Both the position numbers and the translations under genes were made by a program. Below the pieces are notes generated by a model. It saw only the letters and a program-made list of their open reading frames with translations. It searched no databases and had not been told where the DNA came from. A stretch of 64,000 nt of DNA from Vulcanimicrobiota bacterium (GTDB lineage: Bacteria > Vulcanimicrobiota > Xenobia > Xenobiales > JADMJV01): assembly GCA_050250895.1 (NCBI GenBank), contig JBFWNU010000001.1:1-64000 (forward strand). Reading direction: 5' to 3'. Below are positions 34,802 through 43,809 of the stretch, in pieces. Numbering within the stretch: the first letter of the stretch is position 1; each line of letters opens with the position of its first letter.

Positions 34802-37800
34802 ATGGATCTAGCCCAATTCTCGGGCCTCACTCTCGAGCGACAACTGGCCTACCTTGACGAGGCCCTGGCCGAGGGGCAACGGGGCCAACTGCTAGAGATG
34901 GCGGCGGCCCTGCGGGATGGCGCGCCGATCAGCTGGCTGGTGGGTCGACTGCGCCAGCTGGGGTGGTTTGGCCAGCCGGCCAACCAGCAGTCTTTCGGCC
35001 ATTTCCTGACGGGTCTTGAGGACACCGCCATCCAGGCCAGCCTCAAAGGGGCGGCCGGCGACCCGGGCGTGGCCGCGGCCGTGTTCGAAGCCCTGCGCTC
35101 CATCGAGCTGGCCAAGCTCTCGGCCATGTGCTTGCTAGACCGCTTTCTCAAGCACAACGACCCCGACCGGCGCGACCGATACCTGGGGCAGTTGGTCGAG
35201 GAGTGCTGCAACTTGCTCGAGGGCGGCCAGTGCCCAAGCCTAGAACAACTGGTGCGCCTGCCGGCCCGGGCGCTGCACCGGCTGCAACAGGCGGCCCAGC
35301 AGGGCGGGGTGACGGACCGGTTTGAACAAGCCCGGCAACAGCTGGCTCGCCAGGTCATCAGCATTCTCGAAGCCGCCCCTAAGGGCGTCTCGCAGTCCAA
35401 CGCCGAAGAGCTGCTGTCGCGCCGGGTCTACACCGACCCCGGGCACTTTCTCATCGAGCTGCTGCAGAACGCCGACGATGCCGAGGCCCGCACCTTCCGG
35501 GTCGAGTTCTCGACCCAGCACGTGCTGGTCTGGCACGACGGCCTGCCCTTTGACGCCCGCGACCTGGTCGGGGTGACCTCGATTGGCCAGACCACCAAGC
35601 GCAAGCAGCAGATCGGCTTCTTCGGAGTCGGCTTCAAGTCGGTCTACGAGGTGACCGACCGGCCCCGCATCTATTCCGATGTCTATCAGTTTGAAATCGC
35701 CGACGTGTCCATTCCTCGCTACCTGCACCAGCGACCCGAGTGGCTGCCGGCCGAAGGCACCGCTCTCATCTTGCCGTTACGGGCCCCTGACGATCCCGAC
35801 CGCTCACCGGAAGGGCTGTTCCAGCGGGCCCGCCGCCTCGACCCCTGCGTGCTGTTGACGCTCCGAGAGCTGCGTTGTATCGAGTTTCGGCTGGCTGACG
35901 AGAGCTATCGCCTGGAGCGTTTTGATCAGGGCGAACTGAGCGCCATCCAGGTCGGGTCGACCCGCCGGGTCTTTGCCCTGGAACGACGCCGTTATAGCTA
36001 CCAGGGCGCCCGCGAGCAGAATCGGCCCGACAACACCGAGGTGTGCGTGGGCCTCTTGCTGAGCGAGCCCGGCCGGCCGCTGGCCTTTCCGCCCAAAGCG
36101 GCCACCGTCTACAGCTATCTACCCACCGACGAACATACCGGGCTGAAGTTCTTCATCCAGGGCCATTTCGATGTCCCTGTCGACCGTGAGCGCATTTCGC
36201 ACGAGTCTGACTGGAACCGCTGGATCCTGGCCCAGGTGCCCGAGCTGGTCGAGGCCCTGGCCCGGCGCTTCGGAGCCGGCATCCTCGAGGTGTTGCCTCT
36301 GGCTGAAGAGATGCTTTCGCCGCTATTCTCCGGTCTGCCCGAGGCCATTTATGCCCGTCTGCAAGAGGTCGAGTTGCTGCCCGGGCACGACGGCCAGCTG
36401 CACCCGCCCCGGCGGGTGGTGCTGGCCCGGCCAGAAGTGGTCTCGCTTTTCGCCGACCACTCGCAGCGTTACTGTTTTCTCTCGCCCGAGGTGGGCGAAC
36501 GCCCGCGCAAACTGGCTCAGGCCCTGGGTTGCCGCGAGTTTGGGGTGGAAGAGTTGGTGTCCGACCTGGAACAGGGTCTGCTACCGCCAGCGGTGGACTG
36601 GCCTCACTTCTACGATCTGTTGCTCGAGGAGCTCGAGCGCCTCGAGCGCCAGCAAAGCGGCCTGGACGAGTGGGTAACCCGACTGCAGGCCTGCCTGCTG
36701 GTGCCCGATCGTGACCAGCAGTTGCGCCCCCTGAATCAGGTGGCCCGAGCCGAGGGGCACCTGGCTGAGCTGTATGCCGGACTCGTGCCGCTGGTCTGGC
36801 CAGAACTGGTGGGCCGTCCGCGGGTCGAGACCCTGTTTGACCGGCTGGGGATGCGGCGTCTGGACGGGGAACGCCTGCTCGACGACCTGGCCCGCGACGT
36901 GACCCCCTTTCTGGCCCGTTTCGAGGCGCTCTATGCCTATCTCACCGAGGCTCCCTGGACGGTCACCGAAAGGGCCTGCCTGCTGCCCATCTTCCCCGCG
37001 GCCGGCGGCGGATTTGGCCGGCTGGCTCGCAACCCCGACGATGTGGAAGGCCTGTTTCGGGCCGACCCTCCCGAGGTGGTCGAGCTGCTCGAGGCACGCC
37101 GCTATCTGGCTCACCATTTTGCCGACCATCCCGTCCTCGAGACCATCCGGGTCGAGTCCACCGGCCTCAGCGAGGTGCTACTGGCCATGGCGCGGGGCCA
37201 CTGGCAGCCCGACGACGGCCAGAAAACCAAGCTGCTCGAGTTGCTCTTGTCCCACGGCCAGAGGCTGACAGCGGCCAATCTGGGGCTGCTGTTCGAGCTG
37301 CCGCTCTTCGCCAATCAGGCCGGAGCCTTCTGCCGACTGTCCGGCCTCTACCGTCCGGCCTCGCCGGCCCTGGTCGAGCTGCTCGGGCCCCAGTTCTTTC
37401 TTGACGCCGAGGCCCTTTCAGGCCAGGTGGCCGCCCGCCTCAACCTCTTGCCCTATCTAGAGCAGGCCACTCCCGAGTTGCTGGTGGCCTGGCTGGCCGA
37501 AAGGAAGTTGCCGCCCACCCAGACCCTGGCCTATCTGGCCAGCCAGGTCCAGAGCCTCAACCAGGATGTGCTCGAGCGCCTTTTGAGCCTGCCCCTGTTC
37601 GACGGGCTGCCGCTGGGCCGCCGGCCCCAGGCTGGCGTCTTGTGCCGCTGCCAGCCCGGTTTCGAGCAAGTCTTTGCGTGCCTGGGCGTCAACGTGCTTG
37701 AACCTGAGCAATCGCAACTGGTGGCGCCGCTGCTCGAGGCGGCCGGCTGGACCCCTCTGGGCCTCGAAGAGCTGGTCTCGACCCTGGCCGACCGCCAGCC

Positions 37801-40800
37801 CCAGCTCGAGCAGTTAGAAGTGGTGCAATCGGCCCTGCTGGCTCATCGACAGGCCTTGCTCGAGCGCTTTTCCACCTCGCTGCTGGGCAGCCTGGCCGTA
37901 TGGCGAAACGCAGCCGACCAGGTGGTGTCGGCGAGCCGACTGGTCGATGATCCCGAGCTGCTCGAGCTGTTGCCCGATCCAGGCGCCACTCCCGTCGAAC
38001 AGCTTTTACTGCCGGCGCTAGACGACTATCAGACCTGCAAGCCCCAGGTCTATCTCAACGACTGGCTGCGCCGCAAGGCCCGCCTGGGTCAGCCCCTAGA
38101 AGCCCAGCCCGTGCCCCTCAACGAGCTCGAAGGGGTGATGGCCGTGGCCCGCCGTCTGCCCGAGGGGCAGTTGCTGGTGGTCACTGCCGACCAGCGGCTG
38201 GGCGACCAGTTGTTGCCCATGGCCGCACCGACCACCATCGCACTTTTACCCGACCAGGATTTTCTTCATCCCGACTGGCCCCCCGAACTCGCTCCGGGAG
38301 CGCGCCGCTTGCCGGCCTACGCCGTGCTGGCCAGGCTGATCGACCTGGAACAGCCAGAAGTGCGCCAGCGTTTCTACGGCTGGTTGCTCGAGTGCCAGGG
38401 CGAGATATTCACCGACCCCGAGGCCCGCCGCAGCCTGGCCGAAGACAAGCTGTTTCTCTCGTCAGGTGGACGCTGGCTGGCCGCCCAGGAGCTGGTGCTC
38501 GACCCCGACTTTCCCGATCTCGACATCGACTGGCTGCCTCACCCCGAGATCCCGGCCGAATGTCTCGAGCTGTTGCGGCGCCAACTCGACGTGGGCAGCC
38601 CCGACCCTGAAGAGGTGTTGCAGGCCCACCTGCTGCCCGCCTATCACGCTCGCCTCAAGCAAGGCCGCGAAGGGCCGCTGCTCGACTATATCATCAAGCT
38701 GACCACCCGGCTGCCGGCCCGCCTGCTGCGCGCGCTCGTGGGCTCTTTGCCGGTGCGCGACATCAGCGGGCTGGTCCAGCCCTTCGAGGCGCTGGTTCTG
38801 CCGCCAGCCCACTGCCCGCCGCTGGTCACTATCCCGTGCCCGGATGGCTATCAAGAACGCCGCGAATTCTTCGAAAAACTGGGCATGGCCCGGGTGCCCA
38901 GCCGCCATCACCTGGAGGCCGCCTTGCGAGTGACGGGGCTGGCCGACTGCGCGGCCCTGGTCACAAGTCTGGCTGCCTGGCTGCGCGAGCACGACCTATC
39001 CGAGCTGCGAACGCTGGCCCGAGACACGGCCTGGCTCTTCGATGGCCAGGCTAAAAAGCGTTATCCCACCGAGCTGTTGAGCCCCCACCCCGAAGTCGAG
39101 GCCCTGGCCGGCACCTTCCCCGAACTGTATCCCCATCCCGACCTGTCGGCCTTGCTCGACGCGCGCCTGCTCGAGTGGCTGGGGCTGCGCACGGCCAAAG
39201 ACCTCGATTTTCCTGATGTGGTGCGCAATCTGCTGGAGCGGGTCAAGGCTGGTCAGGCGGTCGGCCAGCATCTCTATCGCTTTCTCGAAGAGGGTCTGAC
39301 CCGCGGCTCGATCGACCCCGACCAGTTGCACCGAGCCCTGGCCGACCAGGCCTTCATTTACTGCGACGACGGCCGCTATCGCCGTCCCGATCAGGTCTTT
39401 GCGGTCCCGGTCTTTCGCTGGTTTGGCGACCGGCGCGGGTGTTGGGAGTCGGCCCGCGACTTTCCCCGCCTTTGCCAGCTCTTCTCCATCTCCGACCGCC
39501 TCGAGCCCTCGGCCATCCTCTCGTTTCTCGAAGAGATCGCCCGCGCCCCCGCGGCTTCGCTCGAAGAAGAACCAGCTCTGCCCCGCATGCTGCGAGCCTG
39601 TTACGCCGAACTGGTGGCCACCGGGTCGACGGTGCCCACCGCCTGGCCGGTCATCCTGGCCCGCGGCCCGCGCCTGGTGGCCAGCCACCGTCCGGGCCTG
39701 GTGCGCAGCGATACGCCGACGCTCGAGGCGCTTTTCGCCGAGGTCGGCGAGCTGTTGGTGGCCGAACCCGGCGGTCCGCAAGACGCGGTGGCCCTCGACA
39801 TCTTCTATGCTCGCCAGGGCATTCGCCGCCTGCGCGATGCCTATCGGGTCAGCGTCGACGGCCGTTCGGGCCGGGACGTGACCGAGCAGGCCGCGGCCGA
39901 ATTACTGGCCGTGCGCTCGCTCTTGCGGGCCCTGCTCGAGGTGGCTCCTCGCGTCAGGCTGCAACGGAGCGGCCTGGAAAATGGCGGCTGGCTCTACAAA
40001 GAGCGTCTCGGCGGTCTGGCGGGCACGGCCACGATTCGCCTCATCGACGGCCTCCAGGTGGTTTATCAACTCGACGGAGTGGGCTCGGTGTCGCGCCGGG
40101 CGGCGGCCGCCTATGACCCGGGTAAACCTGCTCTGCTGCTGGATCTGGCCAGCGCGCGCGAGCCGGGCCAGGCGGCCGTGGGCCTGGCCGAAGCCCTGGT
40201 GAGTTGCCTCTATGAGGGGCCGGGCCAGGAGCAGCTCGTCGACATCCTCGAGCTACTCATCCCGCTGGGTCGGGCCGAGGCCATGCACGCTTATCTCGAC
40301 CGCCGGCACTTTCCCGCCAGCGCCTCGGCGCGGCGTCCGGTGGATCTGCTGCTCGAGCGCCTGGGCGAGATTCTCGACTATCGCCTGCATGAGCGGCTGG
40401 CCCAGGTCTTTCCCCAACTGGCCGAGGCCGACTTCGGCCGTTGGCGAGGCGACGGCCTGGCCCCGCGCCTCGAGCCCCTGCTCGGCCAGCCGAGTTGGCC
40501 CCGCCAGGTGGCCACCCGCCTGCTCGACGAGCTGGGCCTCAAAGCGCCCGATGGCGAGTTGATTAGCGCCCTGGCCGAGATGCTGAGCCAGCCGCAGCTG
40601 TCCCTGCCCAGCCAGTTAGCGCCCAGCCAGCCGGCCCCGGCACCGGTGGCTCCCAGCCAGGAAGAACCCGAGATGGTGCCCGCCCCGGTGGCCGACGAGC
40701 CCGAACGACCGGCCTTTTGGGACCGCCTGCTCTCCTGGGTGCCGGCCGCTCGCCAGCCGGAAGAAGCCGGCCCCATCCAATTCCCCGACAACAGCCTGGT

Positions 40801-42043
40801 CCCGATGCCGGGGGTCTTGCCCCAACTGGGTCTACGCCCCGAGCATATGCGGCAAATGCTAGAAAACCCTCCCGAAACCCGTCTGACCCATCACCCGGCG
40901 CGGCTGTCGAGCCCTCACATCTACGGCCTGCAGGGAGTAGGCGGAAGGTTCGATCCGGCCGACCAGACCTATCTGCCGGTGGCCTTGAAACTGGGCAAAG
41001 GCACCGGCGTGTCGACCCGCCCCCTCACCCTCCGGGGGCGGGTGCTGCCCGGTCTGAGCCTTTTGCCGGTGCCCCTCTATAGCCGAATGAAAGAGCGTCC
41101 CCGCGTCTTTGGCCGAGCCGGCAGCGTGCGCATCAGCGGCCCCGACCCGCTGGGCCAGTGGTATCTCGAAGTGAAGGGCGAGCAATCGGTGGGAGTCCGC
41201 TACGAAGTCGAGCTGACCGAGATTCCGCTGCTCGAGGGCCGAGGCCTTCCCAGCCACGACCCTGCCCTGGTCGAGCCCACTATGCCTCTGGCCGAGCTGC
41301 CCCAGCGAGCCCAGCGCTGGATCGAACAAACCGGCCAGGCAGGTCTGGCCCCATGGCGGGCCGCCCAGCTGGCCTGCGAGTTCGTGCGCACTCACTATCT
41401 CTATGACGAAAGCTATTCGCTGCGACCCGAAGTAGAAAAAGCCCGCCGTCGCTTGCGCAGCGGGCAGGGCAACCACCATCTACAGCTTCTTCACGCTTCG
41501 GCCGACGAGGTACACCTGGGACGCGGCATCTGCTACGAGCTCAACCTGATGGTGGCCGAACTGTTGCGGCATCTCGAACTCCCTTCGCTGGTAGCCACCT
41601 GCTGGGTGTTCGACCAGGGAGCCCTGGATCGGGCCGACCATCTGGTCTGCCTGGCCCTGCTCGACTCGTCGAGCGGGCCCTGCCTGGTGCCGCTGGACGC
41701 CTGCGCCGACCGCCGCGGCCCGCGCCACATTCTGGGCCACGACCCCGAGCCTTCGCCCTGGGGAAGCGACCTCGCCTCGGAGCGCGAGCGCCTCGAGCAA
41801 GAGCTGGAAGTGCTGGCCCGGGTCTATCACCTGGTCTTCGACCGCCATCCCCCCTCCCCCGCCGCCGCTCGCGGCGAGCTCGCTCAGAAACTGGGCGAAA
41901 CGGCGCTAGGCCTCATGCTGGCAGCCGTGCGCGGCGACCTGAAAAAACTCGACCAGGTTCCGGAAGGCGTGGCGGACCTGGTCGTGCGGGGCTGGCTCAA
42001 AGTGCTCGAGCAGCCCGAATATTCGGTTGTGCCTAACGACTAG
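34802..42043 (+). CDS. Giant (~2410 aa) sacsin/NOV-like GHKL ATPase protein with C-terminal transglutaminase-like domain
   Basis: ELLQNADDA, HDGLPF, IGFFGVGFKSVY, FIQGHFDVPVDRE; C-terminal YLYD...GICYELN...DHLV...LDAC; start 34802 preferred over 34712. Confidence 0.85.
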   Translation: MDLAQFSGLTLERQLAYLDEALAEGQRGQLLEMAAALRDGAPISWLVGRLRQLGWFGQPANQQSFGHFLTGLEDTAIQASLKGAAGDPGVAAAVFEALRSIELAKLSAMCLLDRFLKHNDPDRRDRYLGQLVEECCNLLEGGQCPSLEQLVRLPARALHRLQQAAQQGGVTDRFEQARQQLARQVISILEAAPKGVSQSNAEELLSRRVYTDPGHFLIELLQNADDAEARTFRVEFSTQHVLVWHDGLPFDARDLVGVTSIGQTTKRKQQIGFFGVGFKSVYEVTDRPRIYSDVYQFEIADVSIPRYLHQRPEWLPAEGTALILPLRAPDDPDRSPEGLFQRARRLDPCVLLTLRELRCIEFRLADESYRLERFDQGELSAIQVGSTRRVFALERRRYSYQGAREQNRPDNTEVCVGLLLSEPGRPLAFPPKAATVYSYLPTDEHTGLKFFIQGHFDVPVDRERISHESDWNRWILAQVPELVEALARRFGAGILEVLPLAEEMLSPLFSGLPEAIYARLQEVELLPGHDGQLHPPRRVVLARPEVVSLFADHSQRYCFLSPEVGERPRKLAQALGCREFGVEELVSDLEQGLLPPAVDWPHFYDLLLEELERLERQQSGLDEWVTRLQACLLVPDRDQQLRPLNQVARAEGHLAELYAGLVPLVWPELVGRPRVETLFDRLGMRRLDGERLLDDLARDVTPFLARFEALYAYLTEAPWTVTERACLLPIFPAAGGGFGRLARNPDDVEGLFRADPPEVVELLEARRYLAHHFADHPVLETIRVESTGLSEVLLAMARGHWQPDDGQKTKLLELLLSHGQRLTAANLGLLFELPLFANQAGAFCRLSGLYRPASPALVELLGPQFFLDAEALSGQVAARLNLLPYLEQATPELLVAWLAERKLPPTQTLAYLASQVQSLNQDVLERLLSLPLFDGLPLGRRPQAGVLCRCQPGFEQVFACLGVNVLEPEQSQLVAPLLEAAGWTPLGLEELVSTLADRQPQLEQLEVVQSALLAHRQALLERFSTSLLGSLAVWRNAADQVVSASRLVDDPELLELLPDPGATPVEQLLLPALDDYQTCKPQVYLNDWLRRKARLGQPLEAQPVPLNELEGVMAVARRLPEGQLLVVTADQRLGDQLLPMAAPTTIALLPDQDFLHPDWPPELAPGARRLPAYAVLARLIDLEQPEVRQRFYGWLLECQGEIFTDPEARRSLAEDKLFLSSGGRWLAAQELVLDPDFPDLDIDWLPHPEIPAECLELLRRQLDVGSPDPEEVLQAHLLPAYHARLKQGREGPLLDYIIKLTTRLPARLLRALVGSLPVRDISGLVQPFEALVLPPAHCPPLVTIPCPDGYQERREFFEKLGMARVPSRHHLEAALRVTGLADCAALVTSLAAWLREHDLSELRTLARDTAWLFDGQAKKRYPTELLSPHPEVEALAGTFPELYPHPDLSALLDARLLEWLGLRTAKDLDFPDVVRNLLERVKAGQAVGQHLYRFLEEGLTRGSIDPDQLHRALADQAFIYCDDGRYRRPDQVFAVPVFRWFGDRRGCWESARDFPRLCQLFSISDRLEPSAILSFLEEIARAPAASLEEEPALPRMLRACYAELVATGSTVPTAWPVILARGPRLVASHRPGLVRSDTPTLEALFAEVGELLVAEPGGPQDAVALDIFYARQGIRRLRDAYRVSVDGRSGRDVTEQAAAELLAVRSLLRALLEVAPRVRLQRSGLENGGWLYKERLGGLAGTATIRLIDGLQVVYQLDGVGSVSRRAAAAYDPGKPALLLDLASAREPGQAAVGLAEALVSCLYEGPGQEQLVDILELLIPLGRAEAMHAYLDRRHFPASASARRPVDLLLERLGEILDYRLHERLAQVFPQLAEADFGRWRGDGLAPRLEPLLGQPSWPRQVATRLLDELGLKAPDGELISALAEMLSQPQLSLPSQLAPSQPAPAPVAPSQEEPEMVPAPVADEPERPAFWDRLLSWVPAARQPEEAGPIQFPDNSLVPMPGVLPQLGLRPEHMRQMLENPPETRLTHHPARLSSPHIYGLQGVGGRFDPADQTYLPVALKLGKGTGVSTRPLTLRGRVLPGLSLLPVPLYSRMKERPRVFGRAGSVRISGPDPLGQWYLEVKGEQSVGVRYEVELTEIPLLEGRGLPSHDPALVEPTMPLAELPQRAQRWIEQTGQAGLAPWRAAQLACEFVRTHYLYDESYSLRPEVEKARRRLRSGQGNHHLQLLHASADEVHLGRGICYELNLMVAELLRHLELPSLVATCWVFDQGALDRADHLVCLALLDSSSGPCLVPLDACADRRGPRHILGHDPEPSPWGSDLASERERLEQELEVLARVYHLVFDRHPPSPAAARGELAQKLGETALGLMLAAVRGDLKKLDQVPEGVADLVVRGWLKVLEQPEYSVVPND

Positions 42044-42387
42044 CGGTGGCGACGCCGCTCGCTGTGATAGTGGCGGAAGTGGCGCGGCTGCTGGGGCGTG
42101 ACGATCACCGGGCCGACGCCGTAACCCTGGTTGTTGTAGTAACCGTAGTTGGTCTGGCCGTATCCGTAGTAATAAGAGTTGTCGTAGTAGTTGCCGTTGG
42201 CATAGAAGCCCTGGTTGCCGTAGTACGGCGGCACCTGAACGGTGACGGTGGTACGCGAGGCCGAAACGGGCGGTCCCATAGCGCTCGAGGGCCCGACCAT
42301 CACTTTCGAGCCGGGAGCGTCCAGGGTCTGGGCGGCAGCCGGACCGATGAGGGCGAGTAGAATTGTCAGTGCTAGTAAATGTCTCAT
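42040..42387 (-). CDS. Small secreted Tyr/Gly/Asn-rich hypothetical protein
   Basis: Signal peptide ending AAA, SD GGAGG, low-complexity YGN segment. Confidence 0.75.
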   Translation of the reverse strand: MRHLLALTILLALIGPAAAQTLDAPGSKVMVGPSSAMGPPVSASRTTVTVQVPPYYGNQGFYANGNYYDNSYYYGYGQTNYGYYNNQGYGVGPVIVTPQQPRHFRHYHSERRRHR

Positions 42388-42402
42388 TTTGCCTCCGGTT
42401 CC

Positions 42403-42445
42403 ATCCTATCCTATTGTCATTATGAAACCATTGCTAAAATGTTAA
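42403..42445 (-). promoter_or_regulatory. Shared promoter motif, copy 4 (TAACAT-TTTA-GC ... TAGGAT)
   Basis: TAACAT starts at 42444 and TAGGAT at 42408, 36 bp apart. Confidence 0.65.
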
Positions 42446-42489
42446 ACCGCACGATAGGCCAACAAGTTCCGCCTAGCGAAGCGGTGTAG

Positions 42490-42918
42490 GTGAGCTTCAA
42501 TCAGGAACTCCTGCGCCACAGGGCAGCGGAGATCAGAGAAAACGCTGCTTTGCTCGAGAAAGCCGCGCTCGGTGGCGTCGACGACTTTCTCGCCGACCGG
42601 GACAAGCAAGATGCGACGATGTTCCGCCTGATAGTTGCCATCGAAGCTTGCCAAGCCATCTGCGCCCATCTGGCCGCCAGGCTCGCCACAGCAGCTCCGA
42701 GTTCTATGAGCGATTGTTTCGAGCGACTCGCTGCCGCGGGCGTCTACAGTGAAGACCTGGCTCAGCGCCTGGCTCAAATGGCGCGCTTTCGCAACTTGCT
42801 GGTGCACCGGTATTGGGTGGTGGATCTAGGGATGGTCCACGATTTTCTGGCCACCGGGTTGAGTGATTTCAGCGAATATCTCGAGGCCGTTGCCAAGGTT
42901 GTAGGAGAGGACCTGTGA
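42490..42918 (+). CDS. hepT: HepT-like HEPN ribonuclease toxin (DUF86)
   Basis: RNLLVHRY = R-X4-H-X-Y motif. Confidence 0.88.
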   Translation: MSFNQELLRHRAAEIRENAALLEKAALGGVDDFLADRDKQDATMFRLIVAIEACQAICAHLAARLATAAPSSMSDCFERLAAAGVYSEDLAQRLAQMARFRNLLVHRYWVVDLGMVHDFLATGLSDFSEYLEAVAKVVGEDL

Positions 42919-43307
42919 GCTACCCGTCAGAGGTTCTGGGCCCGGCTCTTACGCGGCTCGGGCCGGTGTTGGAGGAATGTCCCTTCCCTATCGTCATTTT
43001 GATGGGCTCGGCCGCTGAGGGTCGGCCCTTTCGCGACCTGGATCTCGCCTTTCTGTCAACAGGCTCGCCGTCGCTTACGGAAGTGCTGGTCTGGGGTGGC
43101 CGATTCGAGCGAGCGGCTGGTGTGCCGGTGGACCTGACTCCCCTCTCGGCGAGTTCGCTGGGCTTTCAATACGAGGCTACAAAGGGTCGAGTACTGCTCT
43201 GTCGCGACCCTGAGATGCTAGCCGATTGGAAGGAGCGTACCTGGCGCACTTACTTCGACCAGGAGCATCATTTCAGGGCTCACGCCCGCGATATCCTTAC
43301 TCGATGA
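42915..43307 (+). CDS. mntA: MntA-like minimal nucleotidyltransferase antitoxin
   Basis: GS-x8-DLD motif, VDL; 4-bp overlap with the HEPN gene. Confidence 0.82.
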   Translation: MSYPSEVLGPALTRLGPVLEECPFPIVILMGSAAEGRPFRDLDLAFLSTGSPSLTEVLVWGGRFERAAGVPVDLTPLSASSLGFQYEATKGRVLLCRDPEMLADWKERTWRTYFDQEHHFRAHARDILTR

Positions 43308-43553
43308 GTGGCCTCTAGCCCCACATGCTGGCGCCGAGGATAGCTAGCTCGACATCATTGGTCGAAGGCCCTGCCTGGCTTCCATCGCGGCTGGCCGTCC
43401 ACAGGTCGACGTGTTTGTAGTCGCTCAACATTGGGCCACCTTACCTTCCACGCCGAGCCGAATCAGTGATCATGGTCACCGAAGGGGTGGTTCGAGGAGT
43501 GGCTTCGGGAGCTTTTGCGAGGCTTGCCTCGGCGCGCGGGGGGCCGGGCTCGT

Positions 43554-43678
43554 GGGGTTCACCCCGAGAATCGCGGTGTGAAGGTCGAATTCGGGGGTTC
43601 ACCCCGAGAAATCGCGGTGTGAAGGTCGGTTTCGGGGGTTCACCCCGAGAATCGCGGTGTGAAGCGGGTTTCGGGGGG
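43554..43678. repeat. Tandem repeat, 3 x 40-41 bp
   Basis: GGGGTTCACCCCGAGAA(A)TCGCGGTGTGAAG at 43554, 43594, 43635. Confidence 0.9.
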
Positions 43679-43809
43679 GCTTTGCCAGGCGGAGCGCCGG
43701 GGGCCTGGGCTCTGCCTCGCTCGCGTCAGGCTGGGCTGGGACTGAGCTTGCCGGGCTGTGGCCGGGCGCGCCGGCTCGCGGCTCTAGCCAGGCTGGGCCG
43801 GGGCCGGCC

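Noticed and set aside
43315-43431. 38-aa - strand ORF (MLSDYKHVDLW...) with weak SD-like AAGGT
   Set aside because: Too short and no recognisable motif; cannot be supported without homology or expression data.
43554-43678. Possible mini CRISPR array
   Set aside because: Linkers are only ~10 bp and similar to each other, and there are no cas genes; it is a tandem repeat.
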